In this document: in pieces, positions 27,931-36,113 of the stretch
How positions within the stretch are numbered: position 1 is the stretch's first letter
How the letters are laid out: every line of letters begins with the position of its first letter
DNA from: a virus
Lineage: Duplodnaviria > Caudoviricetes
Length of the DNA: 37,889 nucleotides
Direction: 5' to 3' (one strand)
IMG/VR virus record: IMGVR_UViG_3300042997_001733
Coordinates: 1-37,889 of that record
The notes under the pieces: generated by a model
What the model was told of the DNA's origin: nothing
What the model saw: the letters and a program-made list of their open reading frames with translations, nothing else
Database searches by the model: none
Translations under genes and position numbers: made by a program

Positions 27931-28380
27931 TCAGAACGGGACATGGTCGTCAAGGTCACCATCGGTGCCCCCAGCAGAGCCGCCAAAGCCCGGCCCATCC
28001 TGGTAGCCGCTATAATCATTGCGCCCGCCGCCATTGCCGCCGGCGCTGTCGAGCATCTGCAGCTTCGCGTCGAAGCCGCTCAGCACCACTTCGGTCGACC
28101 AGCGGTCATTACCCTGCTGGTCCTGCCATTTGCGCGTGCGCAGCTGGCCGCCGATGAAGAGCTTGCTGCCCTTCTTCACATATTGCTCGACCACCTGGAC
28201 CAGAGGGCCGAACACGACAATGCTGTGCCATTCGGTGCGCTCTTTCTTCTCGCCGGTCTGGCGATCCTTCCAGCGCTCGCTGGTGGCGAGCCGGATCGAC
28301 GCAACCTTGTCGCCGCCCTGCGTGCCGCGAATTTCCGGGTCAGCGCCCACATTTCCAATCAACCTGACTTCATTCAACAT
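27931..28380 (-). CDS. ssb: Single-stranded DNA-binding protein
   Basis: NEVRLIGNVGADPE, ERTEWHSIV, GQLRTRKW motifs; C-terminal DLDDHVPF. Confidence 0.96.
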   Translation of the reverse strand: MLNEVRLIGNVGADPEIRGTQGGDKVASIRLATSERWKDRQTGEKKERTEWHSIVVFGPLVQVVEQYVKKGSKLFIGGQLRTRKWQDQQGNDRWSTEVVLSGFDAKLQMLDSAGGNGGGRNDYSGYQDGPGFGGSAGGTDGDLDDHVPF

Positions 28381-28422
28381 GGGAGCCTCCCCGCTATTTT
28401 GATAAGATGGATGGGCGGCAGG

Positions 28423-28770
28423 CTACCCCTGCCAGCCCTTGGACCGCGCGAACGCCATCACGTCCGCATCTTTGCCAAAGCGATGGCGGCCGACATGATG
28501 GACGCCCGATACCTTGGCGACGGGGCTGAAACCGGTGCGCCGCAGGAAGGTGCGGGCCTGCTCGAATGGATCGGCCGCCCGCGCCAACGCTTCGGCCCGG
28601 CCGATCATCGTCTTGCGCGCGGCGGCGACCGCCGGATGATAACTGCACAGCGACGCATGCCGGGCGGTCTGGCTCCGCTTCAGCATCTGGGTCACCAGCT
28701 GCTGCGGATCATAGTCGCGCGGCATCGGCACGATTTCACCGATGCGATAATCTGGCGAGGGCGCTTTCAT
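28423..28770 (-). CDS. Hypothetical protein
   Basis: ATGA overlap at 28770 within a coupled operon. Confidence 0.6.
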   Translation of the reverse strand: MKAPSPDYRIGEIVPMPRDYDPQQLVTQMLKRSQTARHASLCSYHPAVAAARKTMIGRAEALARAADPFEQARTFLRRTGFSPVAKVSGVHHVGRHRFGKDADVMAFARSKGWQG

Positions 28771-28976
28771 GTGTCGCTGTCCTTTTCCCCGGCAATGGCG
28801 CCGATTTCGCTCATCAGCGTGGCGGCCCGCTGACGATCCGCCCGGTGCGATCCGCCGGCCGTGCATTCCATGACGATCCGGCAAAGCGCCTCGATCTTGT
28901 GCGCACGGCGATAAAGCTCGCCGGACGAGAGGAGCGGCATCGCCCCGGTATCCAGCCGCTCGCCCGCCACGCCCAT
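28767..28976 (-). CDS. Hypothetical protein
   Basis: Starts 4 nt after the clamp gene stop; coupled to the next gene. Confidence 0.55.
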   Translation of the reverse strand: MGVAGERLDTGAMPLLSSGELYRRAHKIEALCRIVMECTAGGSHRADRQRAATLMSEIGAIAGEKDSDT

Positions 28977-28980
28977 CGGC

Positions 28981-30105
28981 TCAGACCCGCATCGGCATCA
29001 GGACGTAAGCCGCCTGCGCCTCATCGCTGGTCTGCCAAAGCGTCGGATCGACATCGCTATTCAGCTTCGCCACCACCCGGCCGCCATTGCCGCTCATGCC
29101 CCTGAGCTGCCCCAGCAGGTCCAGCAGATAGCGGCCATTGAAGCCGATCCGTACCGGCGCGCCGGTCAGCTCGATCGGCACTTCCTCGCTGGCCGTGCCA
29201 TGCTCCAGGCTGGTGACGTCCAGCACCACGCGATCGGCCTGGAAATCCAGCGCCAGTCCGCGTGTCTTCTCGGTGCTGATCGTCAATACCCGCTCGATCG
29301 CCTCGACCAGCGCACCGGGATCGAACCATGCCGCAGTCTGGCTGGCGGAGGGGATCACGCGGCTATAGTCGGGAAAACTGCCCTCGATCGCCTTGCCGAC
29401 CAGCGTGGTGTCGCCGACGTCGAACCGGAAGGTGTGGCCGGACATGGCGATATCGACCGGCCCGCCTTCATCGTCCAGCAGGCTAGAAAGCGCCTTGACC
29501 GCTTTTGCCGGCAGAATGATGCCGGCCAGCTCAGCCGCACCCTCCGGCAGCTCCTCATGATAGCGGGCCAGCCGATGCCCGTTGGTGGCCGCTGCGAACA
29601 GGCATTCGGAGCCTTCCGGCACATGCAGATAGACGCCCTTGAGATAATAGCGGGCATCCTCGGTTGACATGGCAAAGGCCACGCGATGCAGCATCGTCAC
29701 CAGCCGGCCCGCATCCTGCTCATACTGGACGGACCAGTCACGCTCGACCAGCATCGCCATGTCGGTGCTGGGCAAGGTCGGCAGCTTGAACCGCGCCCGG
29801 CCACAGCTGATGCTGATCTTGCCATCCTTCAGCAGGATTTCGGCAATGCCATCCGCCGGCAGCTTGCCCGCGATCGATGCCAGCGTGCCGGCATCCACGG
29901 CGATATCCAGCGCTTCATTCTTGCCCGGCTCTTCCAGCTCAATGAGCTTGGAAAGCTGCAATTCCAGGTCCGTCCCGGTCAGCCGCAGCTGAGCTGGCCC
30001 CGACTGGAGCAGGACATGCGACAGGATCGGCACCGTGTTGCGCTTTTCCACCACCAGGTTGATCGCCTTCAGCGCGCAGCGAAGCGCCTTCACATTCACT
30101 TTCAC
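28981..30105 (-). CDS. dnaN: DNA polymerase III beta sliding clamp homologue
   Basis: KRNTVPILSHVLL, TGTDLE, ATNGHRLA, FPDYSRVIP, IGFNGRYL and VLMPMRV motifs; 374 aa. Confidence 0.95.
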   Translation of the reverse strand: MKVNVKALRCALKAINLVVEKRNTVPILSHVLLQSGPAQLRLTGTDLELQLSKLIELEEPGKNEALDIAVDAGTLASIAGKLPADGIAEILLKDGKISISCGRARFKLPTLPSTDMAMLVERDWSVQYEQDAGRLVTMLHRVAFAMSTEDARYYLKGVYLHVPEGSECLFAAATNGHRLARYHEELPEGAAELAGIILPAKAVKALSSLLDDEGGPVDIAMSGHTFRFDVGDTTLVGKAIEGSFPDYSRVIPSASQTAAWFDPGALVEAIERVLTISTEKTRGLALDFQADRVVLDVTSLEHGTASEEVPIELTGAPVRIGFNGRYLLDLLGQLRGMSGNGGRVVAKLNSDVDPTLWQTSDEAQAAYVLMPMRV

Positions 30106-30431
30106 AGTCGTTCACTCCGAATTTTGGCGGGCGCGGCTGCCACAGGGCTGGGCGCCGCGCCCGTTCCGTCGTGCGACCCGAAGGCGACGGATTTGAAAGA
30201 GGGGTAGGGGGCAGGCTCAGGGTTCGCACCCGCCCCCTCATTGCCGCCAGCTATGGGGAGGTCGGCGGCAATCAGGATTTCAGCTTCACGGTCTATTTCA
30301 TCAGCCCAGCGTTCGGCCTGCTCGAAATCGACGCAGCAGATATCGGCCAGCGTGCCCAGCATCGCCCGGCCGACATTGACATAGCGGGCCTCGAACTGGC
30401 GCCGCGTAATCTCCATGTCGATGAAACTCAT
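30102..30431 (-). CDS. Hypothetical protein (MSFIDMEITRRQFEARY...)
   Basis: ATGA overlap with the upstream stop and GTGA overlap with dnaN. Confidence 0.65.
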   Translation of the reverse strand: MSFIDMEITRRQFEARYVNVGRAMLGTLADICCVDFEQAERWADEIDREAEILIAADLPIAGGNEGAGANPEPAPYPSFKSVAFGSHDGTGAAPSPVAAAPAKIRSERL

Positions 30432-30946
30432 AGCGCACCTCGCACGGTTGATTTGCCGGTCGCGACGATCGTGACGACGCGCCGTTCGGTCGGGCCGGGT
30501 TCCTCGACGCGGATCTTGTTCTCGCGGACCAACCGGCGGACCCGGTAGGATGCGGCGACCGCGTCCTTCAGGCCCAGCGCCCGCGCCAGTTCGGCATTGG
30601 TCGGGCACGCCTGCCCCCGGTTCGCGGCGCGGTTCAGCACCCGCAGCACGGCTTTGGTGGTGCATTTCGCGCCATCGGCGCGGCTCTGGAACCGGCCCGG
30701 GTTGGTCCGCGCCAGGGCGCGCAGCTTTGACGGGCGAGGCGCCGCCAGCCGCTGCAGGATATGGCGCGTGGCACCATCGGTCGCCCGCTTGGTCGTCATC
30801 GTGACCAGGCCCTGACTATGCAGCGCGCTGGCGACCGCGCGGACAGCATCCCCCGGCCGCGTGCCAGTGAAATAGGCGACATTCTCGCCCGGCCGCGCCC
30901 GCTCGGCCCAGCTGATCAATTGCTCAGGCTTCAGTGCCGACATCAT
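30428..30946 (-). CDS. Winged-helix DNA-binding protein (LexA-DBD-like C-terminus)
   Basis: PTNAELARALGL...ASYRVRRLVRENKIRV pattern. Confidence 0.65.
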   Translation of the reverse strand: MMSALKPEQLISWAERARPGENVAYFTGTRPGDAVRAVASALHSQGLVTMTTKRATDGATRHILQRLAAPRPSKLRALARTNPGRFQSRADGAKCTTKAVLRVLNRAANRGQACPTNAELARALGLKDAVAASYRVRRLVRENKIRVEEPGPTERRVVTIVATGKSTVRGAL

Positions 30947-31437
30947 GCCCCCTTTTCCACTGCGCGAAGTTGGGCCAGCAGCTGCACTGCCAGTGCCACC
31001 AGCTGCTCGGCATCGTCGATCAGCCCATGCTGGCGCACGTCGCGGCCACAGACCCGCTGGTCATCGGCCAGCGATGCGCAGATCTTCGTGGTGATCTCGG
31101 CCGCTTCGCTGGACATCGCGCCGATCTGGGTCAGCCAGTTGCTGGCATCGGCCTCGATCTCGGGCAGGCGAAACAGCTCGAAACCCTGCATCCGCGCCAG
31201 CGCCCGCGTGATATGCGGCCAGCCGGGCTGACCAGTGGCCATCTTCTCCAGCTCGGGCACCAGGCGCAGCGGAATGAACTCCGCCGCCTCGACATTGGCC
31301 CAACCGTTGATGGTCGGCTGTCCCCGGCCCAGCATGTGGCCGACATAGACCTGCTTGCCCGCCGCATGGACGGCATCGCCGGTCGCCTCGCTGATCGCGA
31401 TGTCCGTTGGTTTCAGGTCATCTGCCCCCCGAGCCAT
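30943..31437 (-). CDS. CII-family phage regulatory protein
   Basis: Downstream of cro; HTH, FIPLRLVPELE, ITRALA and ALADDQRV..D pattern typical of CII-like proteins. Confidence 0.65.
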   Translation of the reverse strand: MARGADDLKPTDIAISEATGDAVHAAGKQVYVGHMLGRGQPTINGWANVEAAEFIPLRLVPELEKMATGQPGWPHITRALARMQGFELFRLPEIEADASNWLTQIGAMSSEAAEITTKICASLADDQRVCGRDVRQHGLIDDAEQLVALAVQLLAQLRAVEKGA

Positions 31438-31546
31438 ATCAGTTCGGCCCTCCGGCGGTGCGGTCACGGCTATTCAGAACCGGATTTGTGGCCGCACCAC
31501 CTTCGGCTACGGTGACGCTTTCGCCGCCACCATGAAGGGACATCAC

Positions 31547-31762
31547 ATGGCCAATCTCGACATTTCCCCGGACGGAGACACCGACATCGGCTTCGTCAAC
31601 ATCGCAGGCACGGACTATGTCCGCATCTTCCTTAATGACGTTGATGGCACGGATAGCGCGTCCCTGACCTACACCACCGCTCACTTCGTTGCCTTGGCCG
31701 ACCATTTCAAAATGGTCGCCGACCAGCTTGTAGCGGGTAATGTGAAATTTCCCCGCATCTAG
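31547..31762 (+). CDS. 71-aa hypothetical protein antisense to the early-right operon
   Basis: GAAGGGA SD; protein-like composition and GC3-biased codons. Confidence 0.6.
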   Translation: MANLDISPDGDTDIGFVNIAGTDYVRIFLNDVDGTDSASLTYTTAHFVALADHFKMVADQLVAGNVKFPRI

Positions 31763-31830
31763 AGCAGGCGGCTTTCGATTGCCGGGCGGCATCCTAAGGC
31801 GGAAACGCGGTTCAATCCGAAACCCGTCCA

Positions 31831-32097
31831 TCATGCGGCCTCCCCGATAATTTTCGTTTCGCTATGGGGTGACGGCTTCGCTTGGGCCGCGATAACTTCA
31901 TGAGCATGGAAACCGTAGAAGTCGTTCGGCATCACATCACCCTTGGTGACGCGCACGATCTCTTCCATCATTCGGCGGCCGGGAATTTGGCGCCCCTTAG
32001 CGTACCGTTCAACGGTACTGGGGTAGTCGGTGCCAATCATCGCGGCGAACGCGGTGAAGGTGAACCCTTCTCTGGAGAGATAGTCTTGAAGCGTCAT
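31831..32097 (-). CDS. cro: Cro-like HTH repressor
   Basis: MTLQDYL...TAFAAMIG...TVERYAKGRQIP...VTKGDVMPNDF; divergent from cI. Confidence 0.85.
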   Translation of the reverse strand: MTLQDYLSREGFTFTAFAAMIGTDYPSTVERYAKGRQIPGRRMMEEIVRVTKGDVMPNDFYGFHAHEVIAAQAKPSPHSETKIIGEAA

Positions 32098-32104
32098 GCA
32101 GCGC

Positions 32105-32181
32105 TTTTAGCTACATTGGCTAAAAGCCGTCAAGCCAAATTAGCTAAGTGTGGCCAAGACTCATTTAGCCGGATCGGCTAC
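32105..32181. promoter_or_regulatory. OR region: three 17-bp operators and the PR promoter
   Basis: TTAGC-N7-GCTAA-like sites at 32107-32123, 32131-32147 and 32165-32181; - strand TTGACG-N17-CTAAAA ending 7 nt before the cro ATG. Confidence 0.82.
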
Positions 32182-32190
32182 GCCCATCGT

Positions 32191-32802
32191 ATGGCTGCGA
32201 ACCCCAATATGATCCGTGAAATCCGCAAGGCGAAGGGGTTGACGCTCCAGCAACTTGGCGAGCTGACGAAGCACCCAAAGACGGGTAATTCTACGGATTT
32301 AGCCACCATCCAGAAGCTGGAAGCCGGCAAGCGAACATTGAATGCCGATTGGCGATTTGCCATCGCTGAAGCTCTTGGGGTTCATCCAGACGATCTGATA
32401 GGGGCTACAGTGCCGCGCACCCCTGTGCGTCGAGTGCCGCTGATCGGGAAAATTCCTGCTGGTAATTGGCGCCTGGCGGTCGAGGATGCCACCGACCTGA
32501 TACCTTGTACGTCAGGCGGTCCAAACACCTTCGCTTTAAAGCCAGAGGGGGACAGCATGGACCTGCTGCTAAAGCATGATGACGCTGTGGTGTTTTGCGA
32601 TCCTGATGACAAAGCACTCAGAAACGGCAGCAATTATGCCATGATGAAAGAAGGTGGCGAGGTCACCTTCAAGCAGTATCGAGATAATCCGCCGCGATTG
32701 AAGCCGTTGTCCAGCAACCCATCGCATCATGAGATGCTTCTAGGCGAAGAACCGCTGGTAACAATCGGACGGATTACCGGAATGCATGTCGATTTCCGTT
32801 AA
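32191..32802 (+). CDS. cI: CI-like repressor (XRE HTH plus S24 autopeptidase)
   Basis: IRKAKGLTLQQL..IQKLEAG HTH; IPAG cleavage site; GDSM serine and TFK lysine. Confidence 0.92.
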   Translation: MAANPNMIREIRKAKGLTLQQLGELTKHPKTGNSTDLATIQKLEAGKRTLNADWRFAIAEALGVHPDDLIGATVPRTPVRRVPLIGKIPAGNWRLAVEDATDLIPCTSGGPNTFALKPEGDSMDLLLKHDDAVVFCDPDDKALRNGSNYAMMKEGGEVTFKQYRDNPPRLKPLSSNPSHHEMLLGEEPLVTIGRITGMHVDFR

Positions 32803-33023
32803 GGCCACACCGGCGCGATCCAGGTCATCGGCTCCATAAAGACCCTGCCATACTGGGGGTCAACGTGCGCCTCTCCAGCTTCGACCGCATCCTGCACCGC
32901 CTCTTCCTTAGTAGTTCGGAGCGGCCCTTTCACTTGCATGTGAACCATAAACACCCACCCCACGGGGTTCTTCCTGCCCGAAGCAGCCTCGATCGAACGT
33001 TGCACAGTCCCACTGTAACCCAT
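32799..33023 (-). CDS. 74-aa hypothetical protein, putatively LexA-regulated
   Basis: GGAGG SD before ATG at 33023; SOS box in promoter; stop overlaps the cI stop (TTAA). Confidence 0.7.
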   Translation of the reverse strand: MGYSGTVQRSIEAASGRKNPVGWVFMVHMQVKGPLRTTKEEAVQDAVEAGEAHVDPQYGRVFMEPMTWIAPVWP

Positions 33024-33044
33024 CCCGAATCCTCCATTGAATGA

Positions 33045-33079
33045 GAACATTATAGGAACAAAGCATAAGAAAGTGTCAA
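33045..33079 (-). promoter_or_regulatory. Alphaproteobacterial LexA (SOS) box overlapping a sigma70 promoter
   Basis: - strand GTTC-CTATAAT-GTTC at 33059-33045; TTGACA at 33079-33074; TATAAT lies inside the box. Confidence 0.82.
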
Positions 33080-33093
33080 TGCAGATCAACATG

Positions 33094-33147
33094 TTAGCTA
33101 TATTGGCTAAAAATCCGATTGACGAAATTTAGCCAATATAGCTAATT
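33094..33147 (+). promoter_or_regulatory. OL region: two 17-bp operators and the PL promoter
   Basis: TTAGCTATATTGGCTAA (33094-33110) and its exact reverse complement (33129-33145); TTGACG-N17-CTAATT. Confidence 0.85.
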
Positions 33148-33176
33148 GCGTCCCGTTCACTAAACGGGAGGCAACC

Positions 33177-33632
33177 ATGCTTCATGCGCCTATCGAGTTT
33201 CCGTTTCCCGGCAGCGTCGTGCTGTCAAAAGGCCTGCGCTGGACGATCCGCCAGCTGTTCGACAACGGCGCCACCGCGCTGATCGTCCGCGAAGGGGCGG
33301 GCGCACAGGGCCGCCGCCGCGAAGCCGTGGCCGATTTGGTCGACGCCAACCTGGTCGACCGCGACGGCATCAACGCCGTCAAGGGCTTCGGCCGCGACAC
33401 CAAGCGCCTGGCGCTCCATGTCGCCCGCCACCTGCGCGACAGCAACGAAGTCGTGCTGCGCGATCTGGGCCACCATCTGGCCGCCGCCCACGCTGCCGGC
33501 GACGTGCCCCGCATCCGCGACAATTATCACCTGGTCGAAATCATGCGCGGGCTGGGCTGGCACAAGGCTGGCTGGGCCGGCACCGGCCCGACCCTCAGCC
33601 CGATCTATCGCCGCACGACGAAGACCATCTGA
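33177..33632 (+). CDS. Hypothetical protein, first gene of the early-left operon
   Basis: GGGAGG SD; high-GC3 codon usage. Confidence 0.75.
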   Translation: MLHAPIEFPFPGSVVLSKGLRWTIRQLFDNGATALIVREGAGAQGRRREAVADLVDANLVDRDGINAVKGFGRDTKRLALHVARHLRDSNEVVLRDLGHHLAAAHAAGDVPRIRDNYHLVEIMRGLGWHKAGWAGTGPTLSPIYRRTTKTI

Positions 33633-33633
33633 C

Positions 33634-33801
33634 ATGGTCCGCCGCACCCTTGCCGATCGCCGCCCGGCGACCCGCTACCGCCCGCCGTGGCGCAAGCCGG
33701 TGCCCGGCCCGGCCCACACCGTGAAGAAGCTGGGCGATGTCGAACTGACCAGCACCGGCTTCTCGCGCCTGACCGCCACCGGCTTCGAAAGGATCGACTG
33801 A
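33634..33801 (+). CDS. 55-aa basic hypothetical protein
   Basis: ATG 1 nt after the upstream stop; stop 1 nt before the next ATG. Confidence 0.6.
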   Translation: MVRRTLADRRPATRYRPPWRKPVPGPAHTVKKLGDVELTSTGFSRLTATGFERID

Positions 33802-33802
33802 A

Positions 33803-34006
33803 ATGGACAGCCGAGCCGTTACCGCCGTCAATACCGCTATGGGCGTCGCGTCCTATCTGGACGGCATCGCCGAGCGCAAGCGCGCCAACGATGTCCGTCG
33901 CCTGTGCCGCAGCAACACCAGCTACCGCACGCGGCTCAGCGCCCTGCACCACGACAACACGCAGCTCCGCGCCCGCGTCGCTGAACTGGAGGCGCGCAGC
34001 ACATGA
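33803..34006 (+). CDS. Hypothetical coiled-coil protein
   Basis: AAGGA SD; ATGA overlap with the methyltransferase. Confidence 0.7.
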   Translation: MDSRAVTAVNTAMGVASYLDGIAERKRANDVRRLCRSNTSYRTRLSALHHDNTQLRARVAELEARST

Positions 34007-35748
34007 AGCATTCCCTTCTTATCGATGCCGAACGCGCGACCCTCGCTCGCGATTGGAATGACGGCATCATCGTCGACAACTTCGCCGGCGGCGGCGGGGC
34101 GTCTACCGGCATCGAACTGGCGCTGCGCCGGCAGGTCGACGTGGCGGTCAACCACGATCCCGAAGCGGTCGCCATGCATGCCGTGAACCATCCGGGCACG
34201 CGCCATCTGTGCCAGAGCGTCTGGGCGGTCGATCCACTGGAGGCGGTGACCTTCGCCAACGACAATGGCGAAATGAAGCCGCGCCCGGTGCGGCTCGCTT
34301 GGTTCTCGCCCGACTGCAAGCATTTCAGCAAGGCGAAGGGCGGCAAGCCGGTCGAGAAGAATATCCGCGATCTCGCCTGGGTGGTGCATCACTGGGTCGA
34401 CCGGCTTGGCCCCGCGCTACGCCCGGCGATCATCATGCTGGAGAATGTCGAGGAATTCCGCACTTGGGGACCGCTGGGCGCCGACGGGCGTCCCTGTCCG
34501 GCAGGTAAGGGCAAGACATTCGACCAGTGGGTCGCGAAGCTGCGCCGCGCCGGCTATCGCGTCGAGTGGCGCGAAATGCGGGCCTGCGACTATGGCGCGC
34601 CGACCTCGCGCAAGCGCCTGTTCCTGATCGCGCGGTGCGATGGAGAGAAGATCGTCTGGCCCAAACCGACCCATGGCAAGCCAGATGCGCCCGCCGTCCG
34701 CAGCGGCAAGCTGCTTGCCTGGCGCACGGCGGCCGAGATCATCGACTGGTCGATCCCGTGTCCGTCGATCTTCACCCGCGCCCGGCCGCTGAAGGAAGCG
34801 ACGTGCCGCCGCATTGCCGCCGGTATCATGCGCTATGTCATCAATGCGCCGCATCCGTTCATCGTGCCCGTCTGCAATGGCAATTGGGGGGCGGAGCGGG
34901 TCTATGCCGGCGGCGAGCCTCTGCGCACGATCACGACGGCCAAGGGCGGCGAGTTTGCCGTGGTGACGCCCTATTTCGCGCCGCTGACCCATCAGGGCGG
35001 GCCTGATCGGGTCTATGGGCCGAAACAGCCCCTGCCGACCGTGACGGGCGCCAACCGCGGAGAAATCGCCCTGATCGCCCCGACTATGGTCCAGACCGGA
35101 TATGGGGAGAGGGAAGGACAAGCGCCCCGCGCGCTCGATCTGGGCAAGCCGCTCGGCACGATCGTCGCAGGTGCAACGAAGCATGCACTGGTTGCCGCGT
35201 TCATGGCCCAGCACAACGGCGGAGCGATCGGCCGCGAGGCGGCCGCGCCGCTATCGACCATCGTCCACCGCGCGACCCAGCAGCAGCTGGTGGCGAGCCA
35301 TATCGTCAAGCTGCGGGGCACGTCGAAGGACGGACAGCCCAGCGACACGCCGTTGCACACGATCAGCACAGGCGGTCTGCATCATGCGGAGGTTCGCGCG
35401 TTCCTGGTAAAATATTATGGCAACGAACAGGATGGCCACGGTCTGGCCGCGCCCCTCGGCGCCGTGACGACCAAGGATCGCTTCGGCCTTGTCATCGTCA
35501 CGATCGGCGGCGAGGATTATGCGATCGTCGATATCGGCATGCGCATGCTCAGCCCGCGAGAGCTGTTCCTGGCTCAGGGCTTCCCGCCCGAATACATCAT
35601 CGACCTGATGGTGAACGGCAAGCCGCTGACCAAAACGGCGCAGGTCCGCATGTGCGGCAACAGCGTCTCCCCCGTCATGTCGGAAGCGCTAGCCCGCGCG
35701 AATGTCGCCAACGATGACGGAGCAGGCGAGGAAAGGATCGCAGCATGA
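34003..35748 (+). CDS. Orphan DNA (cytosine-5) methyltransferase
   Basis: Motif I DNFAGGGG, motif IV SPDCKHFS, ENV, YGAPTSRKRLF, RELFLAQGFP and CGNSV. Confidence 0.93.
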   Translation: MKHSLLIDAERATLARDWNDGIIVDNFAGGGGASTGIELALRRQVDVAVNHDPEAVAMHAVNHPGTRHLCQSVWAVDPLEAVTFANDNGEMKPRPVRLAWFSPDCKHFSKAKGGKPVEKNIRDLAWVVHHWVDRLGPALRPAIIMLENVEEFRTWGPLGADGRPCPAGKGKTFDQWVAKLRRAGYRVEWREMRACDYGAPTSRKRLFLIARCDGEKIVWPKPTHGKPDAPAVRSGKLLAWRTAAEIIDWSIPCPSIFTRARPLKEATCRRIAAGIMRYVINAPHPFIVPVCNGNWGAERVYAGGEPLRTITTAKGGEFAVVTPYFAPLTHQGGPDRVYGPKQPLPTVTGANRGEIALIAPTMVQTGYGEREGQAPRALDLGKPLGTIVAGATKHALVAAFMAQHNGGAIGREAAAPLSTIVHRATQQQLVASHIVKLRGTSKDGQPSDTPLHTISTGGLHHAEVRAFLVKYYGNEQDGHGLAAPLGAVTTKDRFGLVIVTIGGEDYAIVDIGMRMLSPRELFLAQGFPPEYIIDLMVNGKPLTKTAQVRMCGNSVSPVMSEALARANVANDDGAGEERIAA

Positions 35749-36113
35749 CGCGTCCTCCAGCCTGCCAATTGGTTCAGGTGGCCTGCGAAGAACGCGCCCG
35801 CCGCAAGGTGGCGTGGGAACGCGCGGGCAGGCTGGACACACCTGCAGCGCGCGAGGATGAAAGCGTCTGGTCCGATATCGAGCATTTCGCCCGCATCCTG
35901 AACGGCGAGCGCCGGCCGATATCGTGGCCCGATGAAGACAAGCGCACCATGGCCGAGAACATCGCGACCACCCTGCGGAAGGCGCCGGAAAGCTTCTATG
36001 CGCTGCCCGGCAAGGTCCGAGGCCTGCGGGATCTGCAATATGCGTTGGAGTTCACTTTGCTCTACACGCTTGAGCGGCCTGTGCCCCTGCGGTCGAAGAG
36101 GAAGGCCGCGTGA
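35745..36113 (+). CDS. Hypothetical protein
   Basis: ATGA overlap with the methyltransferase; AAGGA SD. Confidence 0.7.
   Translation: MTRPPACQLVQVACEERARRKVAWERAGRLDTPAAREDESVWSDIEHFARILNGERRPISWPDEDKRTMAENIATTLRKAPESFYALPGKVRGLRDLQYALEFTLLYTLERPVPLRSKRKAA

Noticed and set aside
28981-30105. Host chromosomal dnaA-dnaN-recF origin region
   Set aside because: dnaN is embedded in a translationally coupled phage early operon with no dnaA, recF or gyrB nearby
31882-32190. N-terminal extension of CI in the ORF track (306 aa), and similar extensions of terS, HNH, tail terminator and rha
   Set aside because: Extensions overlap neighbouring genes or operators; downstream starts fit domain boundaries, SD sites or ATGA overlaps better
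32107-33145. TTAGC-N7-GCTAA sites as CtrA boxes
   Set aside because: CtrA consensus is TTAA-N7-TTAA(C); these are inverted repeats positioned as phage repressor operators
34003-36113. Restriction-modification system
   Set aside because: No neighbouring endonuclease motif recognised; context fits an orphan phage methyltransferase
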